Counted from the first letter of the stretch, positions 1 to 13,679 are shown. The stretch: 64,000 nt of DNA from Eledone cirrhosa (GCA_964016885.1 OZ024750.1:8866001-8930000), one strand, 5' to 3'. Numbers and translations are program-made. Notes: a model not told the origin generated them from the letters alone.

Positions 1-56
<56 letters not shown>
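1..56. repeat. (CA)n microsatellite
   Basis: Directly visible. Confidence 0.95.
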
Positions 57-60
<4 letters not shown>

Positions 61-1625
61 TTATGCTACTGGAGGTTTCAATGTTTAGTTATAACCACCA
101 CCGCAGACTGTACTGTATGAAATAGTATAATAGTTCTCCCCAAACTCCTTCCAATCAAAGTTGAAGCTCTATAACATCGACATATTGAATTTCTTGCCAA
201 GCATAATATTTTATAGGAGTATTATATTCTCGACATATTTCAAATAATATTGAACACATAAAATAAGTGGAAAGTCTAAACCGCTCAGTTTCAACTCAGA
301 AGAAAATGTTACCGAACAAAAATATATCATTTTCTTTCTATAAATTTCTTGCCTATCTGAAATCTTATTTCGAATGTTTAATATATTGATTGCTCACATA
401 ACAGTATTGTTATAGAACTTGAATATGTAATAACATTTTCACTTCTGCTCCCATTAGAATTATTAACGTACGATTGGTGAAAATACCTCAAGGGTAAATT
501 GTAACAAAAACGTTTTTCAGCTTCCACAAACATGTTAACAAGTGTTGTTCTCTTGTTAAAATTATTACATTTTCTCTATAATTTTTCCTCTATTCCTTCT
601 TTTCTCCTAAAGGAAATACATTCACATTAAGACCCGGAAGGCTTTCATACCCAGTTCATTATATATCTATACATAGAGATAGAGATGATACGCCGTGTAT
701 CAAATTTATATATATATATAAAGTTTCCATCACAACAACATAATAGTTGTAAAGGAATACCATACGCCAATACACCAACACCCACCATACAAATGCAAGT
801 ACACACAAAACAACTTTTAACACAATAAAACAACGCCAACCACAAGCAGATCAATCACCAATATTTCGTGTATGATTAACAAAACCTTAAACTCTTAACC
901 AAGAAATAAATCTAAATCGATGTTAAACGTGGCAAAGAAAGAGAATAAGGTAATAAAAAGCAAACCACTAATGGAATTTGAATCATAAAGTGAACTGTTA
1001 GACTGTCAGGTCACACGTCACATGTTTATGGCATGTATAGATAGGTTGCTCATGTGGCTGGTATAATATTGGGTATTGATTTTGGCACCACCTAACTGCA
1101 TCTTTGATTAAATGCCTATTTTTGTTCGGGATGATGTATAATACAAAAGTATTGACCGTTAATGTTCTTCTGTCTAACTTTATTTTATGGTTACCTTGTG
1201 TTGTAAATGCCTGATGGATATTCAAAAGAGTGCTGCATGGTTTCATGAAGTTTACAAATTTCATTTTTGCAGTCGAATTTCTTAACCACATTGTTCGTTC
1301 TTAGCTTGTGCCAGGTGTGTAAGATCTTAAGTTGTTGTTAATTATCAGAAAGTATATTTCATTCTGAGTGTTCGATTGCCAGGCGTTGCTGATTTCGAAT
1401 TTCTCTTACAGACCTAGATCTTGATGGAAGCACAAGTACAACATCTTATTAACCAATAACTCTAACTTTGTAGCTTATTTTATGTGAATGAATTTCAATA
1501 ATTTTATATACTGGGTAAAAAATATAATGTTTTTATATTAAGTTGTATTTAATTACTTTCCTGTATGTTATTGACAACTTGTAATTCTATATAATTAATT
1601 ATTTCATATTTATATTTTCTTCTAG

Positions 1626-1725
1626 GATGGCCATTTGGCGCTATTTTGTGCAAAGCCACGCCCTATTTACAAGGTGTCTCGGTGTGTGCATCAGTTAACA
1701 CTTTAGCTGCCATTGCAATTGACAG
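1626..1725 (+). CDS. Internal exon of a class A neuropeptide GPCR (SIFamide receptor / NPFF receptor-like), ECL1-TM3
   Basis: Polypyrimidine tract plus AG at 1624-1625 and GTAAT donor at 1726. Translates as (G)[32 protein letters not shown](R): WxFG-xx-C plus TM3 ending at the DR of DRY. Phase is compatible with the 9363 exon (AG+A = Arg). Upstream exons are not seen in the window. Confidence 0.93.
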
Positions 1726-2063
1726 GTAATAATTTATGTAATAATTTCTGTAAAGATTAAAGAAAAAAAACACAGGTTTTTATAATGCTGAACTAAACCA
1801 GAGACGTTTATATTGAAGGAGAGTAAATATTCACTCGGTAAGTCTAGAGAAAGAGAGTCCAGTAACAACCATTTGAAGCAGGGGAGGGGGATGCCGCCAA
1901 TGTTCCGTTAACATTATTTGATGTTTGACTTCTTTGAGAAAGAGTAGGGAAATCTAGACAGCCATAATTCAGTTTACTGTATATTTTATCAATATATCGA
2001 TTGATTAGCCATGTCAGATTTTTTTTTAATTACTGGGTTATGATTCGGCACACCATTTTACAC

Positions 2064-2130
<67 letters not shown>

Positions 2131-2133
<3 letters not shown>

Positions 2134-2205
2134 AAAATAGTCAGGACTCGACGGCTGACCTCCGGCTGTTTCGACAGCTAGATCCGAAATAAGCCACCAG
2201 TATTC
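2131..2205 (-). mobile_element. (TA)n-associated short element of the 'half-hammerhead' family (relatives at 6650, 14525, 21789, 40169, 59560, 63388)
   Basis: Shares gtcaggac(c/t)cgacggctga..ccggc..tttcgacagctagatccgaa with other copies and abuts (TA)n. Confidence 0.65.
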
Positions 2206-2544
2206 ATTTTACACATGTGGTGTCGGACTGGCCAGGTTGCCCAATGGCAAATGAGCCCTAGGGGGTCCACGGTAGCATTGCAAGAGCCCACAGTAGCATT
2301 GCAGGGCCCTCTGTAGTATTTTAGGGGCCAATGCTTTGCTTTCAAAAACTACCTGAAATCTAAGAGAAAGAATAAATTCTTTTTAAAAATAAATTAAGCA
2401 ATTTAGCAAAGCATTTGGTCAACCAATTCCCCGGGAAATTACTAGTAACCAAAATATACGATAGTGCAAATAGCTGGAATCAGTGGTTGTATATTCTACT
2501 AAATCATTGTAAATCATACTAAATCATAGGTATCAGTGTAAGTT

Positions 2545-2832
2545 TATTTTGAAAGTAGGTTTATAAGTATGAATTTTCATTAGATTTATGTAGTTGTCTC
2601 TGTGGCCTAGCGGTAGGTACTAGAGACGGTGGAGATCCTGACCTTGGGTTCAATCCTGGTCAAGAGGTACATGTAGTCGTTTTCAGTTTTTATTTTACAA
2701 CCAATAGAAAAAAACTGAAAAGGATCGAACTTTAGACCAGGATCACCACCGTCTATGATTCTTCCAACTAGGCCACCGAGACAGCTACAAAAGTATAATG
2801 AAAATTGATAATTATAAACCTATTTTCAAAAT
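2545..2832. repeat. Foldback made of two inverted tRNA-like heads
   Basis: Arms ttttgaaagtaggtttataa...gtctctgtggcctag / ctaggccaccgagac...ttataaacctattttcaaaa, with A-box-like TGGCCTAGCGG and B-box-like GGTTCAATCC in the left arm. Confidence 0.65.
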
Positions 2833-3228
2833 CCAAGTTAAAAGGATGTGGTGTCGTTCATGGCTTTCCTAAAGCTATTAGTAATATTTAGGGTCGACTT
2901 CTGGTCGTTATTGAAACTCTCTGGATTTCGCAAAATACATAATATTTTTTATTGGAGAAGGTAAGATATTTTCCCGCAAAAATTTGATTGCACTGTTTTG
3001 TTTCCACTCATGTATTTTTCGAAAATGTTAATTGTGATACCAAAAATACAGAAATATTAAATGCAGGATAGGATAGCAATAAAATCGGTGAGGGGTGAGA
3101 TGTGCTTCTAGTAAAAACACAACCAAGCTTATAAATTAAACAATGAAATCCAGATATGATACTGCTTCCCAAACTCAGCTCTAATCAAGTAAAACATTAG
3201 TCTCATATATATGTATATGTATATGAGT

Positions 3229-3269
3229 CCGAGCTGAAGATCCGCATAAGGTGAAACAATTGTTCTCGG
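3229..3269 (+). ncRNA. Minimal type I hammerhead ribozyme motif
   Basis: ccgag-CTGAAGA-tccgcataaggt-GAAA-caattg-TT-ctcgg: stem I ccgag/ctcgg, palindromic stem III, GUU site. Confidence 0.7.
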
Positions 3270-3398
3270 TATGGTGAACTAATTGTTGTGTTACTATTTA
3301 TATATATGTATATATATGAGACTACATTCTCTAATGTAAGGTCTTGTTGAGGGAAAGTTGGAGTGTGTGTCTGTGCGTGTAAACAGTATATCCGCAAC

Positions 3399-3464
<66 letters not shown>

Positions 3465-4274
3465 TAACTTAATTTTCTATAGCCTTAATTTTGAAGTTGC
3501 CTTATATTTTTTGACAGTAGAATTTCACAGCATCTATTTTCATATGTTGTCATGGTGTACGTTCATCGCGAATTGAACAAATTACAATGAATGTACACTG
3601 TCGAATGTTTAAACATCTTCTCCACTTATTGTCTATTCTAAACATCGCTATATTTCTTACTTACAACTATACTTTATGATTTCTATGCTTCTATCATTGC
3701 TATTAATATTAACAAAGGTATTAATAAGTGTATATGCTGCCCTGTACTTAATGCCTTATTGTATCATCCTTCTTCATCTTCTCTATATAGTGGCTGGTCT
3801 TGGCCTTACATGTACGTGCTGCATTATTAAAATAAATTGTAGTTACCGTGTACGCATCTTGACTTTTATAGATAATTGCATAATGCTCTATGATAACTCA
3901 ATGTACGGTTTGACCATTGCATATTACTGGGAACAAAGAACAAATTTCATTACATGCCAATCTCATTTTTAAATAACTCTCTGAGAAAAGAACGTTGCAG
4001 TGGTAGTCACATATTGTGATCACATTGGAAGGGATACTTGTAGATAATAATTACATTAAGCACAGGGTATAACTTTATCTTTAACCTGACAATGACGACA
4101 GTGATTAAATTAAGCTGCATTCATCGTCGTTCTAAAAGTAGTAGGGGAAAGGAATTTGTGAAATAATATGTAAAATTAAGAAATATAAGAATCTGCCTTA
4201 ATTTATGAATTGAAAAGAGCCATGTTAAAACTATTTATGGATCTATTCAAATAGTCGTTGTCGTCACCTGCGTC

Positions 4275-4440
4275 TTTTTCTTTGCCCACTTATTCCTGAG
4301 AGGGTCGTGGGCGCAGAGTGCTCAAATACGACCCCCAGCTGGTCCTATCAAAAGCAACCGTCTCCAACTGATCCAGCTGGATCTGCAAGCGAGACCAGCC
4401 GAGCTCATGGATGTTATCCAGCCATCTTGCTCGGAGTCTT
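4275..4440 (-). mobile_element. 3' fragment of an RTE-clade LINE (same family as 33188-33640)
   Basis: Shares ccacttattcctgagag...caaaagcaacc..ctccaactgatc..gagaccagc with the RTE 3' end at 33200-33320. Confidence 0.65.
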
Positions 4441-6337
4441 TCCCTATGTCACCTGCTATTTATGCTGCTATTCTGGTTTCAGGTTTGTTTCTATGTATGC
4501 TTATATGTATATATGTATTTATGTATATATATGTATTTATGTATACATGAGGTATGCATGTATGTATGGTATGACCATCGATTCAGTTGCCGACAACCCG
4601 ACCATGCGACAGGCTGTACCAGGTTATGGATTAACAGCTGTGTTCAAAAACGCTCTGACATACACAAGGTAAATGTGCAAAGAACACATGGGTGTCAATG
4701 GCCATCCAATACTGAGTATTTATGCTTCAGCATCTGTATCTGTATTTATATATATATATATACACACCAGAAGGTCTGACAAGAAATGTTTGGGCTTTGG
4801 AGACTCTGACGAACTTGATTTTGGTTTTGTTTATTGATGGTTTAATAGCTTCAGACATTTAAAGAGTGACACTCGCCACGCATAAACTCTAAAGTGTTAA
4901 TCCATGTTTGTTTACCCTTCGCTCCTCCGAGACTAAACAGTATAAGAACATTTTGGAGCCATATACAGTCAGCAGAGCTTTCGATGTAACAAACGGGGTG
5001 TCACTTTCATCTGCGAGAATGAAATACCACCACTTTGATGTTTCACACTCAGAATGTATGATATAACGGGTGGCAGTTGTAATTCTTCGGTTAGAAATTC
5101 TTTGTTTGCCAATTCTTCAGCCCCCCCCCCCCCCAATAATCGCATGTTGAATATATCGCATGTTGAAGTGCAGATGGTGCTTGGAAGATGAACAAATTGT
5201 ATTGAGATGAGGGTGTATGTAATGTCGGCATCTAGAGAGCTCTTAGTAAAGAAGCTTTCTTGTTTAGGAGAAAGGCGAGAGAGAGAGAGATGGAGGGAGA
5301 CGCACAATGGGATTACACGTGTTGTCAACCATCATGTATGCGTGGAACTGTGTGTATGTGTACGTATGTTTGCGTTGATGCATGTCAGTATTCATGTATG
5401 TTTGTATGTATGGTATATATATGTATATGTATGTGTGAGTATCTGTGCGAATGTGCATGCGCAACTTTATCTTACATTGATGGTCATGTATCAATAGCTC
5501 TTGATTCTTTAGCTCTTGGGGGTTTCGGTTTGATTATTGAGTTGTATATGCACCATATATCACCCATGAACTCCAGGTTAGCTTTGCTAGCTCACAAATC
5601 ATTCTTGTCTTGTTTTATTTGCCTTTTAAACTTTTTCTTTAGTCCTTTACATTTTTCATAATTAGAATCTGTGGAATGGTATTTCTATTTTTTTAACGAT
5701 TGTGTCATTTCGCTTCTTAGTTGTTTTAGTTCTTCACTCCACCATTCCTTATTGTAGTTGTTGAGAAGGGTGATAATGTGTGGTGTTGGAAAAAGCAAAT
5801 ATCCTTTAAATGGATCTAACAATGTAAAGAACATAACGATAAAGTTTCATTTAGTCTATGTCTATTCACATATCGATGTGTATTACTACCGAGGAGCTAT
5901 CTATACTGTGAAACAGTCTAATAAAAATGATGATAATAAATATTGGTAGAAGAAACGTTTCCTTTGGTTAAACGCCAAATTTGATTAGAATGTGATACGT
6001 ATTGGTGAAAGCAAACTAATTTCTTATTTCTGTTGCGTTAAATAATTTACTGGTAGTTTTTTTCTTCTTTCCCTGATAACATCATACGACATCAATCACA
6101 ATATATTTGTAGTATCGAATTTAAAGGAAAGGAAACAGTAAGTAAAAGCGAGTAGAAGTTGACCACCAATCAACGGAAGATTGCCAACAATTGATACAGA
6201 AATAGAATGAAACTATAGAGAGAAAAAGAAAACTTTTGTTTTTACTATTAATGTCCTTCTCGTGATATGGTCGCTTTTATAAATGAAGTATATGATTGAG
6301 GTTTTGTCTAATCCACATGTGTGTGCATATATATCTA

Positions 6338-6368
<31 letters not shown>

Positions 6369-6379
6369 ATATATATATA

Positions 6380-6630
6380 AAGGTAGAACACTGGAAGGTA
6401 ATATGCGTAGTGGTAGAGCACTCAATCCATGGGACGAGTTTGGTAGAAGTAGCAACACCTTTCGCCCGTGGTTTTGCATCGCTTGGGTGAAGTGACCGTT
6501 TCTGCGCATGCGTGTTCAAACAGTTGTTTTTCCTGTTCCGTATAACCCTTACCAGTCCGAGCTGAAGACCCGCATAAGGTGAAACAATTGTTCTCGGTAT
6601 GGTGAACTAACTGATGTGTTACTACTTCAA
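6380..6630. mobile_element. Penelope-like (TA)n-embedded element: inverted tail plus hammerhead-bearing arm
   Basis: Flanked by TA repeats. Short inverted ends gaagtagcaacac / gtgttactacttc, tail hairpin on the minus strand (6417-6439) and hammerhead at 6557-6597. Confidence 0.6.
6557..6597 (+). ncRNA. Minimal type I hammerhead ribozyme motif (near-identical to 3229-3269)
   Basis: ccgag-CTGAAGA-cccgcataaggt-GAAA-caattg-TT-ctcgg. Confidence 0.7.
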
Positions 6631-9010
6631 TATATATATATATGTATAAGTTCTCAGCCGTCTGACCCCGACTCTTTATAATATAGTCATATTCTACTCT
6701 GTTGAGTAATGGTCTAACTAGTTGTATCTGGTTCTATCCTATATACGTGTGTGTGTGGAGAGAGAGAGAGACGATATTGTTAATTTCATTTATGAGATAG
6801 ATAGTTAATATAAATGGATATCGCCACGATATTTTCGCCACTCTCACCTGCTTTCCATAAAATTTCCCCTCAAGTAGAAACCGTTTTCAATTACACTTGC
6901 AAAGAAAGAGAGAAGACACTTGGGTATAAGGTGACCTTATGTTGGTTTTCTTGAGAGAAAATTAATATCTTCAGAGTATAATACACAAACACACGAGTCA
7001 CTACACTTACAGCTAATATGTCATGCGAGATCACATTCCTAAATATACTCGTACACATGCCAGCATACACAAATAGATAAACAAACCCAGTATCCTGATT
7101 CTTTCTTCTCCTTTTGTTACCATGTTCGCTTAAGAGTTATACCTTGCCTTACATTGTTTTAGATCAAAGCTATTTACATTAGTGTGTATTAAGTAATTTC
7201 CCTCAAATGTGGGCAATTCTAGTTATTCACTAATATATAGCCAGCTTTAGTGTTTAGATCATATTGGGTCGTCAATTATGAAATTTGTAGTGAGGTATAT
7301 GAAACTTTGTTTTTTCTACAAATTTCATACTTGATGATCCAATAGATGGGTCTCATTATACCGGAGATATTATTAAGACCAATATCGAAATTACGAAGCT
7401 TCAGTTGTTAAACTTTACGGAAACTAATTGAATCGTATCTTTCAGAAATTGTCGACATCAGAAATATTTACATCCTGTTTATTGATTAGCTAGCTTTCAT
7501 TAAAATCATCCTCGCGTGCTGACATTTTCATCAAAATAAATGTGCGTTTCGTTGATATAATGATGATTATGTGAAGATAATTTGTGAGAACAATAAATTC
7601 CCTTTTGTATAGGCATCTATAATAGAAATTTAAATTAAAGTCATCTAAGCTTAATGATATAATTGTGAGATAAACGAATTTTAACAGCGGTGGGGAAGAA
7701 CAATTTTGAATGGTAATGTTTCTTATTATTCTAGGGGTCATGTTATCATTTTTCATATTTGTTTAGGTATCATTAAACTTTATTTACAAAGACGATTGGT
7801 TAATTATGATTAATTGGAAGAACTCGTTAATCAAAACAATGAAGGGTTCCATTCATTTGCATATCAGTTTATATGTAATGTTTATAATATAATGAATTAG
7901 TAATGCATGATGGAATTTATAAATTATATTTTCTTTGTTCTCTTCTTGTTGTTTTGTTGTTTATTTTGTTATTCTTTGTAGTATATTTATTTCTGAATAT
8001 CTTATTCATATATGACATTTACTTTCAAAATCAATATTAATATTGTATGATAAATAAATATTCTTAACATGCTAAATAAAATTCATGCTGAGTTTCAGTT
8101 TTACATTTATAAACAATATATGTAAATATAACTGCTCTTATTGGACAATTTAGTAAGATGTAGTTCATTCAATAAAAATGCTCCAGCAATCATATTATTC
8201 CTATAGCAACCCCATATTCTACTCTTTTGCTTCACCTTGGAGGTCAGGGGGCACTTCAGGTTTTGGGGACCCCTCATACACAAAAAATTAGAATGCACAG
8301 CATCCACCCCCCCCACACACACACACACGCACACACAATTTTACATATCAAATTTAGCTTGACAGAAGGAGTTGGAATTGAAAAGTTATATATATAGGTA
8401 TTAAATTCAAAAATGCTAACCTTACTAAAACTAGAAAGCCTGACTGAGGGCACAAATAAATTTCTACGGCCGTTGCTGGTGGGGTCCCCATTGCAGGCCG
8501 CCCGGGTCAATTGCCCTCTATTAAATCCGGTCTTGGATGTACTTAGATTAAATGAAAATTCACTTCCTATTGCAATACCATATTCTACCCATTTACTTCA
8601 CCGTACTAACGATTAATTATAAAAGATTTATGAATATTCTTCTCCCTGCTAGATTATAATTTAAAGATTATATATTGATGAACTCCATTATTATTCTCTT
8701 AATATCGTCTGCTGCACATACATGTCATTCCCCAGCATGTTTTATACCCATAAATCTCTTTTTCAACAGCTTCCATAATCGTTTGGTAATTGAATTGCAT
8801 ATCTCTCATTATTAGAAATACTTAGAGAATTTACTGTCTTGTTATATATATATATATATATCAAATGATTCTATAGACGTACTTTCTTGTATATATATAT
8901 ATATTTATATTTCCGACTAAAACATTCAAGATTTTATATATATGCGCACACTCATACATACATACATACACACACACGTATACATATATATACATGGGTG
9001 GAATATATAT

Positions 9011-9053
<43 letters not shown>

Positions 9054-9097
9054 TAATAATCCACCAACATTTGGACGTGCGTCTACATGTGAAAGCA

Positions 9098-9187
9098 CAT
9101 ATCTGAGGAGCTATCGATTCCAGAGTCAGGAACGAACATAATCGATGGTTCCTCGAGCTGAGATCGGCAGTTAAACATATGTATATG
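9098..9187 (+). ncRNA. Degenerate hammerhead motif with a long extended stem II
   Basis: catat-CTGAGGA-gct...(aggaac/gttcct helix)...agt-TAAA(for GAAA)-catatg-TA-tatg; stem I is imperfect. Confidence 0.45.
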
Positions 9188-9362
9188 ATGCAACACTGAT
9201 TCTTTGTTCCCTAATTTTTATTATTATTATTATTATTATTATAATTATTATTATTATATATATATATATACGAAAGTATGTGTGTATGTATGTATATATA
9301 TATATATATAATATATATATTTATATGTACACACTAATATATTTTTTCCATTTCTTTTTCAG

Positions 9363-10059
9363 ATACTTAGCTATATGCTACACCTTACAGTTCAAAATTT
9401 CAACGACTGTCTCAAGAGTTATTATAGTATCTACTTGGATATTCGCTCTTCTTGTAATGATACCATGGGCCGTTTTCTATACGCAAATACCACACAGTAA
9501 TGTATTTATTTGTTACCCTAATTGGCCAGATGTGGAAACGGGAAAAGCATTTTTCCTTGCAGCTATTTTTCTCTGTTGCTACACGATACCTTTGTTGCTA
9601 ATCATTCTGTGTTATATCTTAATCGGCCTGCGCGTGTGGAATAGAGATTCACCTGGGTTATGCGATAAATCTCAAGTAATTATGAAATCAAAAATCAAGG
9701 TAGTAAAAATGCTGGTTGTCGTTGTACTTCTCTTTGCACTATCTTGGTTACCAATTTACATCATACAACTTTGCTTCTTCTTTATACCGAATTTGGAAAG
9801 AACGGCATTATTAAATCAAGTTATCACGCCGATAGCACAATGGTTGGGACTTGCGAACAGTGGAACAAATCCTGTCATATATTGTTTTTTCAGCAATAAA
9901 TTCCAGCAGAATTTAAAAAATATGATTATGTGTCAAAGAAAGAAATATTTTGGCAGCGTTGATCAAAGAAATGCAACTACGAAATATATGACAGTTGAGT
10001 ACGCAAGTGGCCAGGTTACGATGTCTGTAAAGAAGTCTGCAGCATCTAGCGAACGATGA
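9363..10059 (+). CDS. Terminal coding exon of the same neuropeptide GPCR (TM4-TM7 and C-tail), SIFamide/NPFF receptor-like
   Basis: Acceptor tttctttttcAG at 9361-9362. Frame continues (R)YLAIC..W..PW..C..WP..YTIPL..Y..IGLRVW..KVVKMLVVVVLLFALSWLP..AQWLGLANSGTNPVIYCFF to TGA at 10057-10059. The TM3 PYLQGVSV and TM7 AQWLG motifs resemble SIFamide/NPFF receptors. The ORF-track start at 9280 is intronic. Confidence 0.93.
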
Positions 10060-10335
10060 TCCTTTGAAACATATTACCGTCTATAAATGAACCTATACAA
10101 AATGAAAATACCGATGTATATTAATGACGCTATATTAACTATGTGAGTTTAGTTGCAATTTCCTTCTTTTATTTCAAATAACAATCTAACAAATTGCATT
10201 TTCTGTTCGAACAAATCTTCCCAAATAAGGAAAATATAACTCACTAACTAACAACATTCACTGTAGCTTCAACAAAGGTGTAATGTATTCAGTATCTAGC
10301 TAATCCAGCTTATTTACTAACGAAACTGTCAAAAC

Positions 10336-11247
10336 TAGGGTGCACCGATACATAAATTGGCCAATTATCGATTTTCGATTGTTCAGTTTTGTCATATCGG
10401 CCGATACGGATTAATCAGCCTCCGATTATCTTTAATGTAATTATGCATTCTAATATAAAAATACCTATTATAATTTTAATTAATTGTAGGTAATATATTA
10501 TATTTCATAATTAATCGCAATTATGTATCTACTATTTGAGAGCAGATGATGAAAGAAAATTAAGCTGACATTACAGTAGTTTCTAATTTATATTTTCATT
10601 AACCTGTGTCATTCAATAACGCAACAGTGTGTACACAACACTTTCCATTAGAGCTACACATAGGTTTCCGTTTGGTTTAACCATTGGGTGACCGTAACAC
10701 CAACTTGTATAATTTCAGTAGTTATGTTGATATACAGCCAAATGTAAACCAACCATGGATCAATGAAAAAAGGGAGGCTAATAATATATTTCTTGTTAGC
10801 TATGGAAACTGAGACGGTTCCTTCTCCTGCACTAACTTTGTGACTTGTGAAAACGTTGGTGGTGTAATAGATTCACTTAAGTTGAATCCCTTCACTGTAA
10901 TGCGATTCCGAACTTGATTAGTAAGGAAGATGGTGATTGGCTGTTGTTGTTTTTCTAAGGGAAGCGGGTGTATTGTTTAACAGTCCACCACCCAACACCC
11001 TCACATTGGCTCAGAAAATATTCACATTTCGCTTACTTATCTCACCTATTACACAAGATAAGTTAATTTTGTTTACTTAAGCAGCGATCATACTATTGTA
11101 ACACGGTGAATAAACATTGATTTCCTTAGGATTAAATGGCCGATTCTCAAAACCGGTTAATCGGCATGAAACGACAATACCGATTAATCAACAAAATAGC
11201 CGATATGGCCGATGCCGATAATTTACCGATTAATCGGTGCAACCCTA
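10336..11247. mobile_element. Non-autonomous hAT-type DNA transposon (MITE)
   Basis: TIRs TAGGGTGCACCGAT / ATCGGTGCAACCCTA, 8-bp TSD gtcaaaac / gtcgaaac (10328-10335, 11248-11255), subterminal ccgat/atcgg repeats. Confidence 0.85.
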
Positions 11248-12805
11248 GTCGAAACTATGTATTTCCAATGAATTTGAACATAAGTTATTTTTGTTTTGAT
11301 TCTTCTAAAATATTAGCATTGAAATGTTGTGATCAAGTCGTGAAACACAGAATTGGCTAATAATAATAATTGTTTCATTTTTTTCTTCATATTTCTTTCT
11401 TGCTTGTTTGTTTTGTTTTTTTGTTTTTATTGAAGATAATTTGAAAACTTTGTAAATACATTTCAGTGTTCATATTTTATGTATATTTGACATTTCTTTG
11501 AAACTTGAGCAATCTACTGTAGATTCATTCTTCACAGCATTCCTTTTTATATGTTTTATTCATTTGAAAATTATCCATTTTATTACTTCTTACAAAATGT
11601 ATTGGGAGTGAACAGTAACAGAATCTGTTGAGGGCAGAACTAAAGATAGTAAATTATTTTGTTACGTATCTTTATGTTATGGGTCCAATTCTGCTACGAA
11701 TCATTTTGTTTCTAATCCATCTGGGACTTTATAAAATAAGTACCAGTTAGATACTGGATCAATTCAATTACTTGCTCTCCTTCTTTATAGATTTATGGTC
11801 CTGTGACAGTGTTAAAAATCATTATTCTTGGCCATAATCGTAAAGGAAATGGTAATTTCCTGCCGTGTCAAATTCATAATACTTTATCGACTATGAACTA
11901 AGGACACTTTCCTTACGCCACGAACATACTTTACAAACATACACACGTCATACCTTTCTCTTTTTCTTCTTATATAGATATCTGAATATTTCTTATTTAA
12001 TAAATCAATATTTGTTACAGCTTAAATCTAAATTTGAAACTCTATTGATCTAATGAGTAGATTATTTTTGTTGTTAATGTTGTTATTGTTGGTTTGGTCT
12101 TCGATGCTTCAGGATAGAAACTTGCCTATTTCTATCTCATATATTCATCACAGATTAAAAATATACAACATATGAATTAATTTTTACTTTTATTATTTAA
12201 CATCCAAAGCAATGTGGTATATTCCTGTAAATTGTTATAGTTGAATGTTGTCGATAATTATCGAAAAAATATTTTTCTCTTATAGTAATTATCTAAACGA
12301 TATCACTTCAAACGTTTAAGGTGTCTAGACACATGTTTTATCATACGTATATTTAGCCCTCAGAATACATTATTTCCTAAATAAAATAGTCTGCGTTTTG
12401 CTCTGAAATAATTTCTCGTTTATCGCTTATCAATTTGAAACGAAAGATTTAATTAAAGTTTGCTAATTTAAGATAATGTTATTTACGTCAAGATTAGAAC
12501 CATTAAACAAAAGTTTGAGATTGTAATTATGCTTAAATATATCTGTATGGTATGTCTATGGTATGTTTTGTGACATCATTTGATTTTCTTTTATCTATAT
12601 TTTCTGTAAATATTGTGAATTAAAAGTTATCTGGAGCCAAACCCCCTAGCATATAATCATTTGATAAAATCAATCTCTTTCATGGGATTTTGTAACATTA
12701 GTAAAGAGATAATTATATAATAGTGTCACTGCGGTTATTAACCCTTCCTGTTATTCTTTTTCTCTCTTTTCTTGTCATATTGTTTGATGTATGAGTATTT
12801 GAGCA

Positions 12806-12979
12806 TAGCATATATTTGACGATATTAACATTTATGTACACATACATATATATATATATATATAGGTATATATTTATATATATATATACCTATATATATA
12901 TATATATATATAAATACTTTTCCATGAATTACATATGAAATGAAACCTCTAATAGCATATATTTGACGATATTAACATT

Positions 12980-13037
<58 letters not shown>

Positions 13038-13116
13038 AATACTTTTCCATAATGACTTGCATATGAAATGAAACCTCTAATACCATATATTTGACGATAT
13101 TAACATTTATATACAC

Positions 13117-13169
<53 letters not shown>

Positions 13170-13209
13170 CTTTTCCATAATTACTTACATATGAAATGAA
13201 ACCTCTAAC
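12806..13209. repeat. Tandem triplication of a ~125-bp unit with an internal TA microsatellite
   Basis: Three copies of catatatttgacgatattaacattt...(TA)n...aatacttttccat...catatgaaatgaaacctctaa. Confidence 0.85.
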
Positions 13210-13621
13210 ATGTTTGTGCGTACACAGAGACGAGCTGTAAAACTCAATAGCGTAATCAATAATGCAGTCAAGAACAAGAAATATGTGACGAATACTTTCT
13301 TTATCGTCCTTACAGTTTTACCAACCCAAATGTTAAATCTTTATAAGCCTCAAAATTATAGCCTTGTAGCGGTGGACAAATCTCCATTGGGTTGGACGTT
13401 AATAAGATTATATTGCCTTGTTAGAACTAATTAAATGTTAACATATTTGTAAAGCAATATGATAATATAGATTCAGTAACATCTTCCATATTCAAACGAA
13501 TATATATATATGTATGTGCCTGTATCTGTATTTATATATATATATATATATATATACAACATATATATATGTATTTATATATATATATATATACAACATA
13601 TATATATATATATATATATAT

Positions 13622-13679
<58 letters not shown>

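Larger units (their letters stand above)
1726..9362 (+). other. GT-AG phase-2 intron (7637 bp) splitting the DRY motif of the GPCR
   Basis: Donor GTAAT at 1726, acceptor AG at 9361-9362; the splice restores DRYLAIC. Confidence 0.88.

Noticed and set aside
998-1440. Possible PLE reverse transcriptase remnant on minus
   Set aside because: Only vague resemblance across frames with many stops; needs tBLASTn or HMM support.
9280-9362. N-terminal part of the 259-aa ORF
   Set aside because: Intronic microsatellite and polypyrimidine tract upstream of the acceptor at 9361-9362.
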